DNA of 63,564 nucleotides, filler included, from Octopus bimaculoides (lineage: Eukaryota): NCBI RefSeq assembly GCF_001194135.2. It is 6 parts of 6 records of this genome, joined end to end, with 100 filler letters (N's around TTAATTAATTAA, not from the genome) between each part and the next. Parts side by side here need not be neighbours in the genome. Positions count along the whole stretch, not along the records: positions 54,520 to 63,564 come from NC_068983.1; 5 more parts are not named here. One strand, 5' to 3'. This document shows, piece after piece, positions 62,654-63,564 of this stretch. The translations under genes were made by a program, and so were the position numbers. The notes beneath the pieces were generated by a model. It searched no databases. It was not told where the DNA came from and saw only the letters and a program-made list of their open reading frames with translations. The first letter of the stretch is position 1; each line of letters opens with the position of its first letter.

Positions 62654-63197
62654 ATTCAAACATGAGTATCTGTTCAGCTGCCAGCCCAGGCTCCGCAGCT
62701 CGTCAAACTGAGAAGGGAAAAATGTCAAAGAATCGGCCGCTTTCTGACAGGTTTGTGGTTGAGCTTGTGACAGTGCAGACCTCCGGCGTTCTTGGACTCC
62801 GAACCATATCCCTGCACACTGTTTTGGGGGCTGAGATGGCATATCCGCCAGTGCAATCCTCATGAATCTGAGTGACTGTTCCAACGCATCTCCTTTGCCT
62901 TTTCCATTGTGTCTGTTGGGACCACGAGACAAACTAACAAACGTGTTTAGCTATTTCTTTGCTGTGAGGAAGAAGAAAGATATGATGATTAAGGAAAGGC
63001 CCTTCATCATAATTATAAAACTATCTGATTGCAACTGCTTTTCACCAACGCGATGCACCGGTGTAAGGAGACTTCTACACATCGCAGTGTTTCGACCTGG
63101 CTGAGTGTCTCCTCAATCGAAGCTACGCCACCTTACTAAGCCAGATCCAAAACAATGAGTGGCATATTTATTCTTAATACGTTCAGCATGTTTCTAG
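62654..63197 (+). other. GC-elevated exon-like segment behind a strong 3' splice site; coding frame unresolved
   Basis: Long polypyrimidine tract ending ttctgcag| at 62653, then TA-poor unique sequence. Phase 1 gives DSNMSICSAASPGSAARQTEKGK...QSS*, phase 2 gives FKHEYLFSCQPRLRSSSN*. Confidence 0.35.
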
Positions 63198-63530
63198 CAG
63201 AACAAGAGACTCCAAAAGCAGGCGTTGAATTAGGTCCACTCCTTGAAGTGGAGAGAATTGATTTTTTACTGGGAATTGAAATATAACCAAAATAATGAGC
63301 TTTTTTTTAACATATAACTATGATATATCTCTGAAAGAAAGTAAGAAAGCCCCTCTATAATTGGTTTTGGTGAAAATAATATTTAACTGGGCCCCACCCG
63401 ATAAACCAACGATATTGTGATTCTATACTTAATGCTTATATGTTTGTGTATATATTTATGAATCTGTTTATGCATATATACGTACACACACACACAAGCT
63501 AATCCCTGTATATTTATGATTATATATAGC

Positions 63531-63564
<34 letters not shown>

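Noticed and set aside
62390-62932. 180-aa minus-strand ORF as a gene
   Set aside because: It has a TTG start just after a stop, and its second half is the antisense of a polypyrimidine tract (Lys/Glu run). No recognisable domain.
62980-63015. SECIS-like hairpin atgatgattaaggaaaggcccttcatcat
   Set aside because: ATGA pairs Watson-Crick with TCAT instead of forming the non-canonical GA quartet, and it lies inside the putative frame rather than after it.

Overview
AT-rich, gap-ridden eukaryotic genomic DNA. The microsatellite load and SINE families look like an octopus (coleoid cephalopod) scaffold; this is an inference from repeat content. Most of the window is microsatellite, tRNA-derived SINEs, decayed retrotransposons and MITEs. 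The retrotransposons are four R4/Dong-type REL-endonuclease LINE pieces, two L1/Tx1-like pieces, one RTE piece and a Penelope-like element. The only convincing coding sequence is a gap-bounded 651-codon frame at 50637-52590, built from a 3x17-aa Ser/Arg/Glu/Ile higher-order repeat. Other highlights are hammerhead-ribozyme fossils, a Helentron-type HINE/DINE-1-like element, R4/Dong elements sitting in (TAA)n arrays, SINE 3'-module swapping, a nested SINE with a perfect 13-bp TSD, and a 181-codon frame broken only by TGA. Five N44-TTAATTAATTAA-N44 blocks are artificial assembly linkers, so continuity across them is not guaranteed. Splice-site-based exon calls are low confidence, and no gene symbol can be supported.
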